64,000 nt of DNA from Planctomycetota bacterium (lineage in GTDB: Bacteria > Planctomycetota > UBA8108 > SXIK01): NCBI GenBank assembly GCA_965223845.1, contig CBDCXR010000004.1, positions 160,001 to 224,000 of the forward strand. Reading direction: 5' to 3'. The position numbers and the translations under genes are program-made. This document shows positions 20,882 through 31,275 of this stretch, in pieces. The notes below the pieces were generated by a model, which searched no databases, was not told the DNA's origin, and saw only the letters and a list, made by a program, of their open reading frames with translations. Positions within the stretch are counted from its first letter, which is position 1; every line of letters starts with the position of its first letter.

Positions 20882-22189
20882 CTATCGAGCGAAACGAACG
20901 GTCGGTAGGCCATGCTTCTCGAGCCTGCGGATGCCTCGACGCGAGTGGTTCAGCTCGATCCAGCGCGGATTCGGGCGCAAGTTCTCGGAGACTGCGTCAA
21001 AGAGCGTTTTACCAGCAGGAAGGCTGACGTCGGCGACGTAGGCGGTGACATGCTGCCGGTTCTCGTCGATCGTGTACCGAACGTCGAGATTTCGAGCACC
21101 GCACGTCGCGAGCCACGCAAAGGCCTTTGCGCACACCCGTCCGAATGCACCGTAGGTCGTTTCGTCGTATTCGAACGCGGCGAGGCCGCCGTCCTTCTCG
21201 TCGGGGAATCCCAACTGGATCAGGTACCGATTGACACCGGCCGGGTCGAACATCACTTCGGTTTGAGCTTCGACTCCGACAAACACGTCGACGGGAACCG
21301 ATCCGGGGTTCGCGAAATCTCCGTGAAAGGGAACCCAGTTTAGGCTCAGGTAGGTGACGTTCGAGTTATCCGGATCGAAGATTCTCGAATCGTCGAGACC
21401 TTGAAGAGTGAGAGCCGACATGCGAGTGAGCCCGGGGCTGGCGGATACGGACATGCCGATCTTCGAGCCCGGAGGAGCGGCCTCGACGGCGTCTCCGAGC
21501 AGCTCGATGTGGTCGAACGCTTGCTCGTCCTCGTTCCAGCCGAGGTCGATAGCGACGATCTCGTAGCCCGCTGCTTCCGCGCGCTCCCGGAATGCGGTGT
21601 TTTGCCCATCGACAGCTCTCGAAAAGTCGGTCGCCAAGATGAACTGCGGCCGCGGCGCGACGTCCGCGACGTCCGGAAGCAGAGCTAACGGACTCAGCAG
21701 GAGGAAGGTCTTGAAATCGATTCCCGCGCGGTACCAGTTTCTGGCCGCATCGACCGCTGCGGTTCCTTGCGTCGTCGCGGAGAAGATGACTCCCGGATGG
21801 CGCTCGTCGGAGTGGAGACCGCCTAAGCTTCCCGCCGTTCCCTCGATGAACGGTGTGGTTTCGACGGACGACGTCAGAACGAGAATCCTCGTGATTCCAC
21901 GAGATTTCATGTCGACGACGATGTCTTCCATCTCGTCGACCACCGCGTCTAGACCGTCTCCGGTTCGTTGGAGGAGAACGCTCTCGAATTCGTGCACCGG
22001 GAAGAACTGCGTGAGGCCTCCGAGAAGTTCATCGACGCCGGAATCGAAGAGCTGTATGAACCCGACCTTGCGTGGGCATCGGTCGGCAACTTGCAGATCG
22101 GATTGGGAAAACACCGGCGAGATCGACGGAGCGAGAGCCGCTACCAGAAACATCGCCAGCGTGAGAAGTCTCGAAAGACGTCGTCGCAT
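20882..22189 (-). CDS. Secreted hypothetical protein (possibly periplasmic-binding-like alpha/beta fold)
   Basis: GGAGG RBS before ATG 22189, signal peptide MRRRLSRLLTLAMFLVAALA and alternating beta/alpha segments. The fold call is weak. Confidence 0.7.
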   Translation of the reverse strand: MRRRLSRLLTLAMFLVAALAPSISPVFSQSDLQVADRCPRKVGFIQLFDSGVDELLGGLTQFFPVHEFESVLLQRTGDGLDAVVDEMEDIVVDMKSRGITRILVLTSSVETTPFIEGTAGSLGGLHSDERHPGVIFSATTQGTAAVDAARNWYRAGIDFKTFLLLSPLALLPDVADVAPRPQFILATDFSRAVDGQNTAFRERAEAAGYEIVAIDLGWNEDEQAFDHIELLGDAVEAAPPGSKIGMSVSASPGLTRMSALTLQGLDDSRIFDPDNSNVTYLSLNWVPFHGDFANPGSVPVDVFVGVEAQTEVMFDPAGVNRYLIQLGFPDEKDGGLAAFEYDETTYGAFGRVCAKAFAWLATCGARNLDVRYTIDENRQHVTAYVADVSLPAGKTLFDAVSENLRPNPRWIELNHSRRGIRRLEKHGLPTVRFAR

Positions 22190-22744
22190 CGAAAAACCCT
22201 CCAAGGTATGGGTCGGTTGGATCGACCTGAACGGAAGTGGAGGCAGTCGTTCACGTTAACAACCACCTTTGGACATGGACCGGTCATGGTTTCGCCGAAA
22301 TTGCTGTTTTCGTTCGCGGGTCTCGGTTGGGCGCAGACGTCTGTCCGCCGATCGCAGTTCTCGAGATCTTCGTGTCGGCGCGCACCAAGGAGTGAGACCC
22401 GACGGAGAACGTCCCCGCGCACCACCCGGCGCAGCGGCCGCGGAATGCTGCAGGACGGCCTTTGGCTCAAGTGCTTTTAAGTTCTCTGCTTACGGCCCCG
22501 TGAGCGAGGGGCGGAGGAACCGCGTCATCGACGCGGCAGCCCTCTTCGCCGCGTGGCGAGGGATCGTGCTCTGGCAACCGGCTGCACATCTCAGCGCTGG
22601 TTGACTATGATGAGGAGGCGACGCTCGGCCCCCTCGAGCGTCACGAGATTTCCCAGAACATTCGCGTCGATCCCGAGTGTCCGCATGCGATGGACCAACG
22701 CCACAACGACGCGTGGGGCAGGATTGACGTGGACGATGAGGTCG

Positions 22745-23308
22745 ATGAAGCCGTCGGATAGCTCGATCACTCGCCTATTGGATGAGGCGCGCAATGGCGA
22801 TGTACGGGCGCGGCAGGGACTCATCGTCGTCACCTACGACCATCTGAGGCAGATGGCACGCGGCTTCCTCCGTGGTGAGCGCAGACACCACACGCTGGGC
22901 GCGACCGAGCTTGTTCACGAGATTCAGATCCGGCTCTTGGGGCGCGACGAGGTCCCGGGTCGTCACCGCGGGGAGTTCTACCGCTACGTCGGCCTGGCCA
23001 TGCGCCATCTGCTCGTCGACTACGCTCGCTCGCGACGGCGGCGCGAGCCGATCCAACGACTCGAGGAGCGACCGGACCGCGCGGCCAGGGCCGAGATCGG
23101 CAGCCGGGAGTACCTCGTCGAGATCGGGGAAGCTCTCGAGCGTCTGGAGAAGCTAGACGAACGGAAGTGCCGGGTGGTCGAATTGAGATTCTTCGCCGGG
23201 CTCGAGGGAGATGAAGTGGCTGAGGCCCTCGGCGTGTCGCCGTCGACCGTCGACCGGGATTGGCGCGTCGCCCGTCGCTGGCTCTACAAGGAGCTGATCG
23301 ACGGATGA
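22745..23308 (+). CDS. ECF-type sigma-70 factor (ECF43/TIGR02999-like, kinase-associated)
   Basis: ITRLL..AR.GD, YDHLRQMA, HTLGATELVHE, AMRHLLVDYAR and VVELRFFAGL...EVAEALGVS.STV.RDW..ARRWL. Confidence 0.92.
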   Translation: MKPSDSSITRLLDEARNGDVRARQGLIVVTYDHLRQMARGFLRGERRHHTLGATELVHEIQIRLLGRDEVPGRHRGEFYRYVGLAMRHLLVDYARSRRRREPIQRLEERPDRAARAEIGSREYLVEIGEALERLEKLDERKCRVVELRFFAGLEGDEVAEALGVSPSTVDRDWRVARRWLYKELIDG

Positions 23309-26187
23309 ATGAAGAGCGCGAGCGGCGCGCCCTCGAAATCTCCGAACGATTGGTCGATCAAGATTCGTCGCGGCGCTCCGAAGATCTCGACCGAGAGTGC
23401 GGAGACGACGGCGAGCTCCGCCGTCGAGTCGAGGATCTCTTGACCGCCGAGTCGCCGGCCGAGTTCCTTCAGCCGTTAGGTTTCGCGACACTCGCCGAGA
23501 TTGTCGACGAGACACGACTTGTCTTCGGGCCCGGCGACACTCTCGACAAGTTCGTCATCGAGCGTCTCATCGGAAGCGGCGGAATGAGTCAGGTGTACCT
23601 GGCGAAAGATTCGCGGCTGGAGCGCCACGTCGCCATCAAGATTCTGTCGCCGCACCTGAACGGACCTACTTGGCGCCGCCGCCTTGCCATCGAGTCGAGG
23701 GCGATCTCTGCGCTCAAACACCCGAACGTGTGTACCCTTTATGATGTCGGTCGTGAAGACTCGGTCGAGTTCCTCGTCATGGAGTACGTCGAGGGGGAGA
23801 CCCTCGCTGAACGCCTGGCTCGGAAGACCCCGGTTCCTCTCGACGAGATTGTCAGAATCGCCCTCGAGCTGACTCGCGCGCTGGGCGCTGCCCACGAGAT
23901 CGGAATCGTTCACCGGGATCTCAAACCGAGCAATATCGTCCTTTCTGATTCGGGCGTTAAGGTGCTCGACTTCGGGGTTGCCAAGTTCAACTCGCCGCCG
24001 ACTCTCCGTGACGCGCAGGGATCGGCAGCCGCGGACATCGCCTCCCGATCGGGCCTGATCCTGGGCACTGTCTCCTACATGAGTCCGGAGCAGGCTCGTG
24101 GCCAGCGGATCGACCAGCGTACGGACATCTGGTCCTTCGGTTGCGTTCTGTTCGAATTGCTCGCACGCAAGCGGGCGTTCGATGGGAAGACGGACGGTGA
24201 CTGCCTCGTCGCGTGCCTTGAAAGAGAGCCTGATTGGGAGGCATTGCCATCGACAACGCCCCCGCGCATTCGTCTTCTCGTCGAACGCTGTCTGCGCAAG
24301 GACGCCGAGTTGCGCCTCCACCACATGGCCGACGCCCGCCTCGAGTTGGAGGACTCGACCGACGCAGAAGCTGTCGCCGAAAGGCTGTCGGCTCGACCCT
24401 TGACGACGTGGCGACGACTCCTTCCGTGGATCATTACTTCCGTTGCACTCGCGCTGTGTGTGATCCAGCTCTTTGTGCCACGGGTTCGGTCTCCCTCGGA
24501 TGGTTCAGAGCGCCGCGAGCTAAGCATTATCCTTCCAGAGGACTCGCCGATCGTCGACGAGCGATCGCTCCCGCTCAGTATCGGAAGACCGTCGATCGCG
24601 ATGTCACCCGATGGTTCGAAGATCGTCTATGTGGCGGCTCGTTTCCCATCCGCCGGTCGCCATCTATGCTTGCGCTCGCTCGACGCCTTCGACGTCATTC
24701 CCATCGAGGGCACGGAGGAAGCATGCGGACCTTTTTTCTCGCCGGACGGAGTTCGAGTGGCGTTTTTTGCGCGTGAACGACTCCATACCGTCTCGCTCCA
24801 GGGAGGTCGACCTACTACACTTTGCGATGCTCCGAATCCGTACGGAGGTACGTGGAGCGCCGACGGAACGATCGTGTTCGCCACGGACTTCGGAAGCCAC
24901 TTGCGCCGAGTCTCTGAGAATGGCGGCACCGTGGAGGACGTGGCGCCTCGTCGCGGCGAGCTGATGGGAGGATTGCGGGGAAACTTCCACTGGCCTCAGT
25001 TCTTGCGGAATCGAAAGGCTGTGCTCGTCGGAACGGGACCACTCGACCATCGCCTGGAGGTGGTCTCGTTGGTCGGAGGAGAAATCCTGTCGAGAATCGA
25101 CGAGCCCGGTACCGGTCCCCTTCTTGCCGGTTCAAGTCATTTGCTTTTCGGACGGTCCGGTGACGTGTACGCACTTCCGTTCGACTTCACGAGCCTCAAG
25201 CCAACTGGCCGGGCGTTTCCGTTCGTAGAGGGAGTGAGAACTTCTAGTCTAGCGACCGGCGCGTCCCACCAGACCTCCGTCGCCGCAGATGGTACGATCG
25301 CGTACGTTCCAGGCCCTACGCTCGATCTGGGAACGCTTGTCTGGGTCGAGACGAGCGGCGAGATCGTCAGCGCAGTCGAAGGTCAGCGCGTTTACGGGGC
25401 ACTGCAGCTCTCGCCGGACGGCGACCGTGTTGCCGCCACCGTGCACGACCTTAAGCTAGAGGTTTGGATCTTCGATCTCTCCGGGGAGGCACGGCCTCGG
25501 AGAATCAGCGGGCGCGAGCCGAGTTGGGCTCCAGTTTGGGATTCCAAGGGGACGCGAGTCATCTACACGGCGATGCTCGGGGGCCGATTGACCCTCTTGT
25601 CCTGCCCGGTCGACGGTGTCGGCGACCGCGAAGATCTGCTTGGAGACTGGGACGACGGATTTCTAAACAAGCCGAGAGACGTATCGCCGGACGGCGAATG
25701 GCTCCTGTTCGACGCCGCGAAAGCCACTGACCGTGGTCTCGATGTCTGGGCGTATCGCTTCGCCGACCGAACCATACACCCGATTCTCGTCTCCGATGAA
25801 AGCGAAAGTGTACCGACCTTTTCGAACGACGGAACCTCGATCGCATACACGGCTGGAGACGAAAAGGGATATCGTGTGTTCGTGTGCCCTTTTCCCGGAG
25901 GAGACCCGAAGGTTCAGGTTTCGAGCGGTCGTGGTGAGGAGCCCGTCTGGTCGGGCGACGACAGTCGAATTTACTATCGAGACGGAAACGAATGGTTTGC
26001 CGGTACTCGCAGCGGCGACGCGGGGACGAAGCTGTTTAGAGGCCCCTACTTGAACGTGCCGGGCGTGTCCTACGACTACGATGCCTCCGAGGATCGGTTC
26101 CTCGTCATCCAAGGCATCGCGCACGACAGGCCTCAGCGGGAGATTCGCGTGATCTCAAACGGATTACGATTGCTCAGCGCCAAGTGA
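23305..26187 (+). CDS. Membrane Ser/Thr protein kinase with extracytoplasmic TolB/PD40-like beta-propeller
   Basis: ATGA overlap with the ECF gene; GSGGMSQV, VAIK, HRDLKPSN, DFG, YMSPEQ and DIWSFG; one TM; multiple SPDG repeats. Confidence 0.95.
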   Translation: MNEERERRALEISERLVDQDSSRRSEDLDRECGDDGELRRRVEDLLTAESPAEFLQPLGFATLAEIVDETRLVFGPGDTLDKFVIERLIGSGGMSQVYLAKDSRLERHVAIKILSPHLNGPTWRRRLAIESRAISALKHPNVCTLYDVGREDSVEFLVMEYVEGETLAERLARKTPVPLDEIVRIALELTRALGAAHEIGIVHRDLKPSNIVLSDSGVKVLDFGVAKFNSPPTLRDAQGSAAADIASRSGLILGTVSYMSPEQARGQRIDQRTDIWSFGCVLFELLARKRAFDGKTDGDCLVACLEREPDWEALPSTTPPRIRLLVERCLRKDAELRLHHMADARLELEDSTDAEAVAERLSARPLTTWRRLLPWIITSVALALCVIQLFVPRVRSPSDGSERRELSIILPEDSPIVDERSLPLSIGRPSIAMSPDGSKIVYVAARFPSAGRHLCLRSLDAFDVIPIEGTEEACGPFFSPDGVRVAFFARERLHTVSLQGGRPTTLCDAPNPYGGTWSADGTIVFATDFGSHLRRVSENGGTVEDVAPRRGELMGGLRGNFHWPQFLRNRKAVLVGTGPLDHRLEVVSLVGGEILSRIDEPGTGPLLAGSSHLLFGRSGDVYALPFDFTSLKPTGRAFPFVEGVRTSSLATGASHQTSVAADGTIAYVPGPTLDLGTLVWVETSGEIVSAVEGQRVYGALQLSPDGDRVAATVHDLKLEVWIFDLSGEARPRRISGREPSWAPVWDSKGTRVIYTAMLGGRLTLLSCPVDGVGDREDLLGDWDDGFLNKPRDVSPDGEWLLFDAAKATDRGLDVWAYRFADRTIHPILVSDESESVPTFSNDGTSIAYTAGDEKGYRVFVCPFPGGDPKVQVSSGRGEEPVWSGDDSRIYYRDGNEWFAGTRSGDAGTKLFRGPYLNVPGVSYDYDASEDRFLVIQGIAHDRPQREIRVISNGLRLLSAK

Positions 26188-26392
26188 CCCACGGGCCGGG
26201 CGAGGTACTCGACCTCCACCGCCGAAACGGGTCGCCGGCGGCGGAGCGTCCCGACTCGAGATTTGTGGATCGAGCCTCAGCCGTATCACGACACTGAGTG
26301 CGGTGATGGAGAGGAGCAGTACAGCGAGTCCGGGCCACCGCGCGAAGTCGACGCGAGCGATATAATCGCATCGGTCGCGCGGAGGAATCGCT

Positions 26393-28426
26393 GTGAGTCG
26401 AACCCTGCGGAGCGCTCGTGGGGGTGCTCCGATCAAACTGATCGCCTTGGTGCTCCTCACGGTGCTCGCGCCGAGCGTCCTCGTCACCGCGCTCGGTCTC
26501 GTCGCTGTCATCGAGGCGAATTCGTACGTCAGCGACGCGTTTCGGCGCCCGTACCGCGAGAAGGTCGAACGACTTCGCGGGCGACTGGACGAAGCTTGGA
26601 CCGAGCGGTTGCAGGCTTACGCGACGTATCTTCGCGCTGCGTCGGGGGAGCTCGAGGCGGTGATTCCGCGCCTCGCCGCAACCGATGCCAGCGTCCGCGG
26701 AGCCGCGCTCATCGTCGGTGACGAGGTGCGGGGCGTCTCGCTCGATCGGCCGCGCGTGCTCGTGCCGCAGAACGGAACCTCGGCCGAGCTGGCTGAGGTG
26801 TACGACCTGGCGTGGCGTCGCGGCGACGAGCGCGCGGCGCTCGGTGAGTTGCGTCGCGTCATCGCCGGAACCGACCGCGAGGACATTCTCGTCGAGGCGC
26901 TCCCGCTAGCGTCTCGGCTGAGTTATCGGTTGGGAGAGCTCGAGGCGGCCCTCGACGCATTGCGATGGGCGCACGCGCGATTCGGAAATACCGTCGACGA
27001 GATGGGAGTCGTCCGTGCCGTGCCGCTTCTTCTTCGACAGGCGGAGATCGAAAGCGAATCCACTCCGGCGGTGCCGCCCGTAGCGACTCTCCGTCGCGTC
27101 GCCGAGGCGATCCGCGACAACGCTCCATTCATGGAACGAGATCGCGTCGAGTTCTTCGCGGCGCAGCTCATGCGCTTGTCACCGTCAGCGATCGCACCGG
27201 TGATCGAGGGGGTTCTCGCCGCGCGGCCCGTTCGAGACGGGCCGCTTTCCGGAGACGTCGTGACGGCGATCGCACCGCAGCTCAGGTCCGGGACGCAGGA
27301 CGGACTCGATGTCGAATGGCGATTCGTGACGCCGGTCCACGGCGGCGCCGGGGCGCTCGATTTCGCCGTGTGGTACGGAGGCGAAAACCGAGAGATCCCT
27401 TGTCTCCTCCTCGATCGCGAGGCATTGCGGCGCGAGGTCGACGCGCACGCGGCCGCGGTCGGACTCGCGTCGGAGGGAATTCAGCTCGTTCGGCGACGAG
27501 ACGCGTCTCTCGACAGCGACGCCTGGTTCGTCGAGGCGCCGGCGCCGGACCCGCTGCGCGCCTACGAACTCGTGTTTTCACCTCCGGCGGGCGAGATCCC
27601 GCGTGAATTTCGCGGCTTCAACGTCATCTCGCTCGCGGCGTTCACGTGGGCGGTCATCCTCGCCGTCCTCGGCATCTTCGTCGGCGTCGGCTTCGCACTC
27701 CGAGCCGTCGCGAATGAAGTGAGAACGGCGCGGATCAAGACGGACTTCGTCAGCTTTGTCACCCACGAGCTCAAGACTCCTCTCACGGCGATTCGCATGT
27801 TCAGCGACACGATCCTCGAAGGGCGGCTCGAGAGCGAGGACGAGCAGCGCGAGTACATCGCACGAATCGATCGAGAAACTGAGCGTCTGTCGAGCCTCAT
27901 CGATCAGATCCTCGAGTACTCGAAGGTCGAGCGTCGGCAGAAGCAGTTTCAGTTCGTCCCGTGCGACATGCTGCAGATCGTGCGCGAGGCGATCGACATT
28001 TTCCACGATCACTATCAGGACGATCCGCGAGAAGTCGAGGTCAACAGCGCGCAACACATCTCGCGCATCAAGATGGACCGTGCGGCGATGACGGAGCTCG
28101 TTCTCAATCTGCTTTCGAACGCCGCGAAGTACTCGCCGAGCGATGAGAGGATCATCGTGAATCTCAGCGAATCCGTCTCCGAGATCTCGGTCGAGGTCGT
28201 CGATCGCGGCGTTGGCATCCGGAAGCGGGACCAAAAGAAGATCTTCGACCGATTCTACCGCGCCGACGATTACCTGACGCGCGAGGTCGACGGCACGGGC
28301 CTCGGCCTCACATTCTCGCGGTACATCGCGAAAGTTCACAACGGAGACATCAAGGTGGCGAGCCAGCGAGGCGGGGGAAGCAGCTTTACTCTCGTCCTGC
28401 GAAAGACTCACGTCCTCGCCGACTAG
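26393..28426 (+). CDS. Membrane sensor histidine kinase (HisKA/HATPase)
   Basis: Two TM segments; H-box THELKTPL, N-box NLLSNAAKYS, DRGVGI and GTGLGL. Confidence 0.95.
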   Translation: MSRTLRSARGGAPIKLIALVLLTVLAPSVLVTALGLVAVIEANSYVSDAFRRPYREKVERLRGRLDEAWTERLQAYATYLRAASGELEAVIPRLAATDASVRGAALIVGDEVRGVSLDRPRVLVPQNGTSAELAEVYDLAWRRGDERAALGELRRVIAGTDREDILVEALPLASRLSYRLGELEAALDALRWAHARFGNTVDEMGVVRAVPLLLRQAEIESESTPAVPPVATLRRVAEAIRDNAPFMERDRVEFFAAQLMRLSPSAIAPVIEGVLAARPVRDGPLSGDVVTAIAPQLRSGTQDGLDVEWRFVTPVHGGAGALDFAVWYGGENREIPCLLLDREALRREVDAHAAAVGLASEGIQLVRRRDASLDSDAWFVEAPAPDPLRAYELVFSPPAGEIPREFRGFNVISLAAFTWAVILAVLGIFVGVGFALRAVANEVRTARIKTDFVSFVTHELKTPLTAIRMFSDTILEGRLESEDEQREYIARIDRETERLSSLIDQILEYSKVERRQKQFQFVPCDMLQIVREAIDIFHDHYQDDPREVEVNSAQHISRIKMDRAAMTELVLNLLSNAAKYSPSDERIIVNLSESVSEISVEVVDRGVGIRKRDQKKIFDRFYRADDYLTREVDGTGLGLTFSRYIAKVHNGDIKVASQRGGGSSFTLVLRKTHVLAD

Positions 28427-28489
28427 CGCCGCGCAAAGGATCTCTGACGGAGGAAGCGGGAGGGGTGCGTGGCTGGTTCCCGCAACCTC

Positions 28490-28498
28490 TGCTACAAT
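28490..28498 (+). promoter_or_regulatory. Extended -10 promoter element (TGcTACAAT) upstream of the response regulator
   Basis: TGnTAnAAT match in the intergenic gap. Confidence 0.45.
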
Positions 28499-28578
28499 CG
28501 CTATCGAGAGAGAGCGAAAAGAGAACAGAGGAGTCCGTCCGAAACCCGATTCGCCCCATCCGGTGAGGAGGCGCGCTC

Positions 28579-29325
28579 GTGGTCAAGCACTCAGCTAAAC
28601 ACTCGACGAACACTCTGTCGAAGGGCGCCTCGTCGAAGGGGGGAACGCCCAAAGGTCGCATCCTCGTCGTCGAGGACGACGATGCGATCGCGCTCGGACT
28701 TCTCCGGAATCTCGAGTTCGAGGGCTACGAAGTCGAGCGGGCGGCGGACGGCGAATCCGGTCTCGAGCGCGCCGTCGACGCGCGCGCGGATCTCATCGTC
28801 CTCGACGTCATGCTTCCGCGTGTGAGCGGCTACGAGATCTGCGAAGCACTCCGCAGTCGCGGAATCGATACTCCCATCATCTTCCTAACCGCAAAGGTCG
28901 AGGAGCAGGACAAGATCCTCGGGCTCGATCTCGGCGGAGATGACTACATCACGAAGCCGTTCAGCATCCGTGAACTCATCGCACGCGTGCGAACCGTGCT
29001 CAAGCGAGTGAACGGCGACGGCGCGCCACCGGTCGAGTTCGGCGAAGCGAAAGTGGACTTCGAGTCGCAACAGCTTTGGGTGCGCGGCGACGAGGTGAAG
29101 CTGACGTCGAAGGAGTTCGAGCTGCTTCGGTTTCTCATCCGGTCGGAAGGGAAGGTCCTCTCGCGCGAGACGATCCTCAACAAGGTGTGGGGGTACGACT
29201 ACTACGGTACGGCGCGCACGATCGACAATTTCATCAATCGGCTGCGCCAGAAGATCGGCGACGATCCGGTGCGACCGCAGCACATCGTGACTCTGCGCGG
29301 GGTGGGCTACAAGTTCCGTCAGTAG
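28579..29325 (+). CDS. OmpR/PhoB-family response regulator
   Basis: ILVVEDD, DLIVLDVMLP, FLTAK, DDYITKPF and a winged-helix LT.KEFELL...TLRGVGYKF. Confidence 0.97.
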   Translation: MVKHSAKHSTNTLSKGASSKGGTPKGRILVVEDDDAIALGLLRNLEFEGYEVERAADGESGLERAVDARADLIVLDVMLPRVSGYEICEALRSRGIDTPIIFLTAKVEEQDKILGLDLGGDDYITKPFSIRELIARVRTVLKRVNGDGAPPVEFGEAKVDFESQQLWVRGDEVKLTSKEFELLRFLIRSEGKVLSRETILNKVWGYDYYGTARTIDNFINRLRQKIGDDPVRPQHIVTLRGVGYKFRQ

Positions 29326-29747
29326 GCTCGAGCCGCACCGGTTCTCGCGCCGGCGCTTGTTGTCGAGCGGAGACTTCTTGGTCGGGGACTCGCGGTCGAG
29401 CTCTGCGCCCCAGTCGTTCCCGAATCGCACGCCCAGACCGCCGCTAGAGGCGGTGGGTCGGCGAGCGTCCGCATTGGGAGGGATCGGCAGCCGGGCCGAA
29501 TTCCGCGGGATGGTGACACTCCGGTGACACGCGCCCCGGAGACTCGTGGACAGAGTGACCTGCGGCGCTGTGTCGTCTCAGTCGTTTTCGGGTTCATTCT
29601 CTTCTCTTTTCTCTCTTATCGTTCGGCGCTTCGGGTCGCTCTTTTCTCTGCCTTCGAATCCCGCCGAACCGTCGTTCCGACGCGCACGCACGACTGGGCG
29701 CGCGACGCGGAACCCACCGAAGGCGGGTCCCACCGATCGGCTCACAC

Positions 29748-31187
29748 ATGACGGCCCACGTACTCACCGGACTGCTCTCGCTTCTGCTCCCGGACGAAAC
29801 TCCGAGCGTCGCGGCGGTCTGGTATCTCGAGTCGGTCGTCGGTGATCTTTCCCGAGCGGCTGCTCTCTACGAAGAAATGTACGTCGGCAGGCCGCCTTGG
29901 CGGGGAGTCGACGCTGAGTTCCGCGAGCGGGCGGCGCTCCGCGCCGGACTCTGTCTAGAGCGCACCGGGAAATCCGCCGCCGCGCTCGTGCCTTACGAGT
30001 GGTTGCGCCAGCGCGACTCCGGCGACCCCGGGGCAACGCTGTACTCGCTTCGCTCGCGCATCGCGGCGGACCGAGCGCGGCCGGGCGGTGATCCGGTCGT
30101 CGTGCTCGAGCGCTTCGAGCTCGACGATGAAGCGCAGAGTCTTCCGCTCGTCAGAGTCACGCTCTCCGATCGCATCACCGCGATGCGCGAGCTCGTTCAG
30201 CGCGCGTCCGCCGGACTGCGAGCTCTCGACGACTCACGCAATCTCGAGCGCGAAGAGTTCGAAGTCGCGTCCGCTCTGCGGCGCGATCTCTTGGCCGAAC
30301 AAATCGTCGTCGAAGTGAACCGGTCGCCGGAAGCGATCGCAGATCTGCATCCCGTGCGGAGGCGTCTCGATGCGATGGTTGCGACTCTGCCGGATTTTGA
30401 ATCGCTCGCGAGCGCCGTCGCGGAGGCTCTCACGACGCGCGGTCTCGATGCACTCGCCGCAGGCGATACCGATCGCGCGGTGCGATGTTTTCTCGGTGCC
30501 CGCAGCTTCGGAGTCGAAGCCGCGCTCGCGGTTCGATTCTCGACTCGACTCGCCGCGGGAGAGGACCCGAGCTCGCTCGCGGTCACGGCTCGCCGAGCCG
30601 GGGTCGACGCCCACCTGCGACAGGTCGGGATGCTCCGTCAGGAGATTCGTCCGCTGCTCGAGCGCGCGTGGCAGAACCAAGAGAGAGTGGTCCGTCCCGA
30701 CTACTCGCTCGGTCGGATCGCTCAGATCCGGACGCTCCTCGACTGGGCGCCGGAGCGCGTCCGGCGCGACCCGCTCGTGCACGAGCTCGAACGTCGAGCC
30801 GAAACGCTCTACGCGACGGTCGCGTTCGGGCTCGACGACGCGCCGCGGCTCGAATCCCACTGGGGAGTGCGTCGACTGCACGTCGAGCTCGGCATCAAGA
30901 TGCTCAGTGACTTCGCCGAAGCGACCGCAGGCGTGTGGGCCGCCGGTCGCGATCTGGTGGTTTCGACCGATGCCAAGCGCCGGATGCTCCGCGGACGCGT
31001 CGACGCGGCGATCGCGCGAGCGAGAACGCCGGCCGGGAGCACGCGGCGAGCGGTCACCGATGCCGCTCTGGCCCGTGCGGCGGTCATCCTCGACTGGTTT
31101 CCTGCACTCGACGCCGATGGTGCACTGGCGCAGGCGATCTCGTCGCTGCGCCGCGCACGTTCCCCGGATCTACCCGAGGAGCCGTAA
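29748..31187 (+). CDS. Hypothetical alpha-helical (TPR-like) protein
   Basis: 479-aa ORF with a hydrophobic N-terminus and TPR-like LESVVGDLSRAAALYEE and AGLCLERTG segments. Confidence 0.65.
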   Translation: MTAHVLTGLLSLLLPDETPSVAAVWYLESVVGDLSRAAALYEEMYVGRPPWRGVDAEFRERAALRAGLCLERTGKSAAALVPYEWLRQRDSGDPGATLYSLRSRIAADRARPGGDPVVVLERFELDDEAQSLPLVRVTLSDRITAMRELVQRASAGLRALDDSRNLEREEFEVASALRRDLLAEQIVVEVNRSPEAIADLHPVRRRLDAMVATLPDFESLASAVAEALTTRGLDALAAGDTDRAVRCFLGARSFGVEAALAVRFSTRLAAGEDPSSLAVTARRAGVDAHLRQVGMLRQEIRPLLERAWQNQERVVRPDYSLGRIAQIRTLLDWAPERVRRDPLVHELERRAETLYATVAFGLDDAPRLESHWGVRRLHVELGIKMLSDFAEATAGVWAAGRDLVVSTDAKRRMLRGRVDAAIARARTPAGSTRRAVTDAALARAAVILDWFPALDADGALAQAISSLRRARSPDLPEEP

Positions 31188-31275
31188 CTCACGACAAGAC
31201 TGAATATCGACGATTGCGAAGAGTACTTCGGACGCTTCTGAGCGCCGCGCCACCCTGGTGCCGGAGGTCGTCCTC

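Noticed and set aside
29570-29660. Pyrimidine-rich tract and hydrophobic ORF 29524-29751
   Set aside because: The apparent TM character derives from CT low complexity, and there is no RBS or motif.
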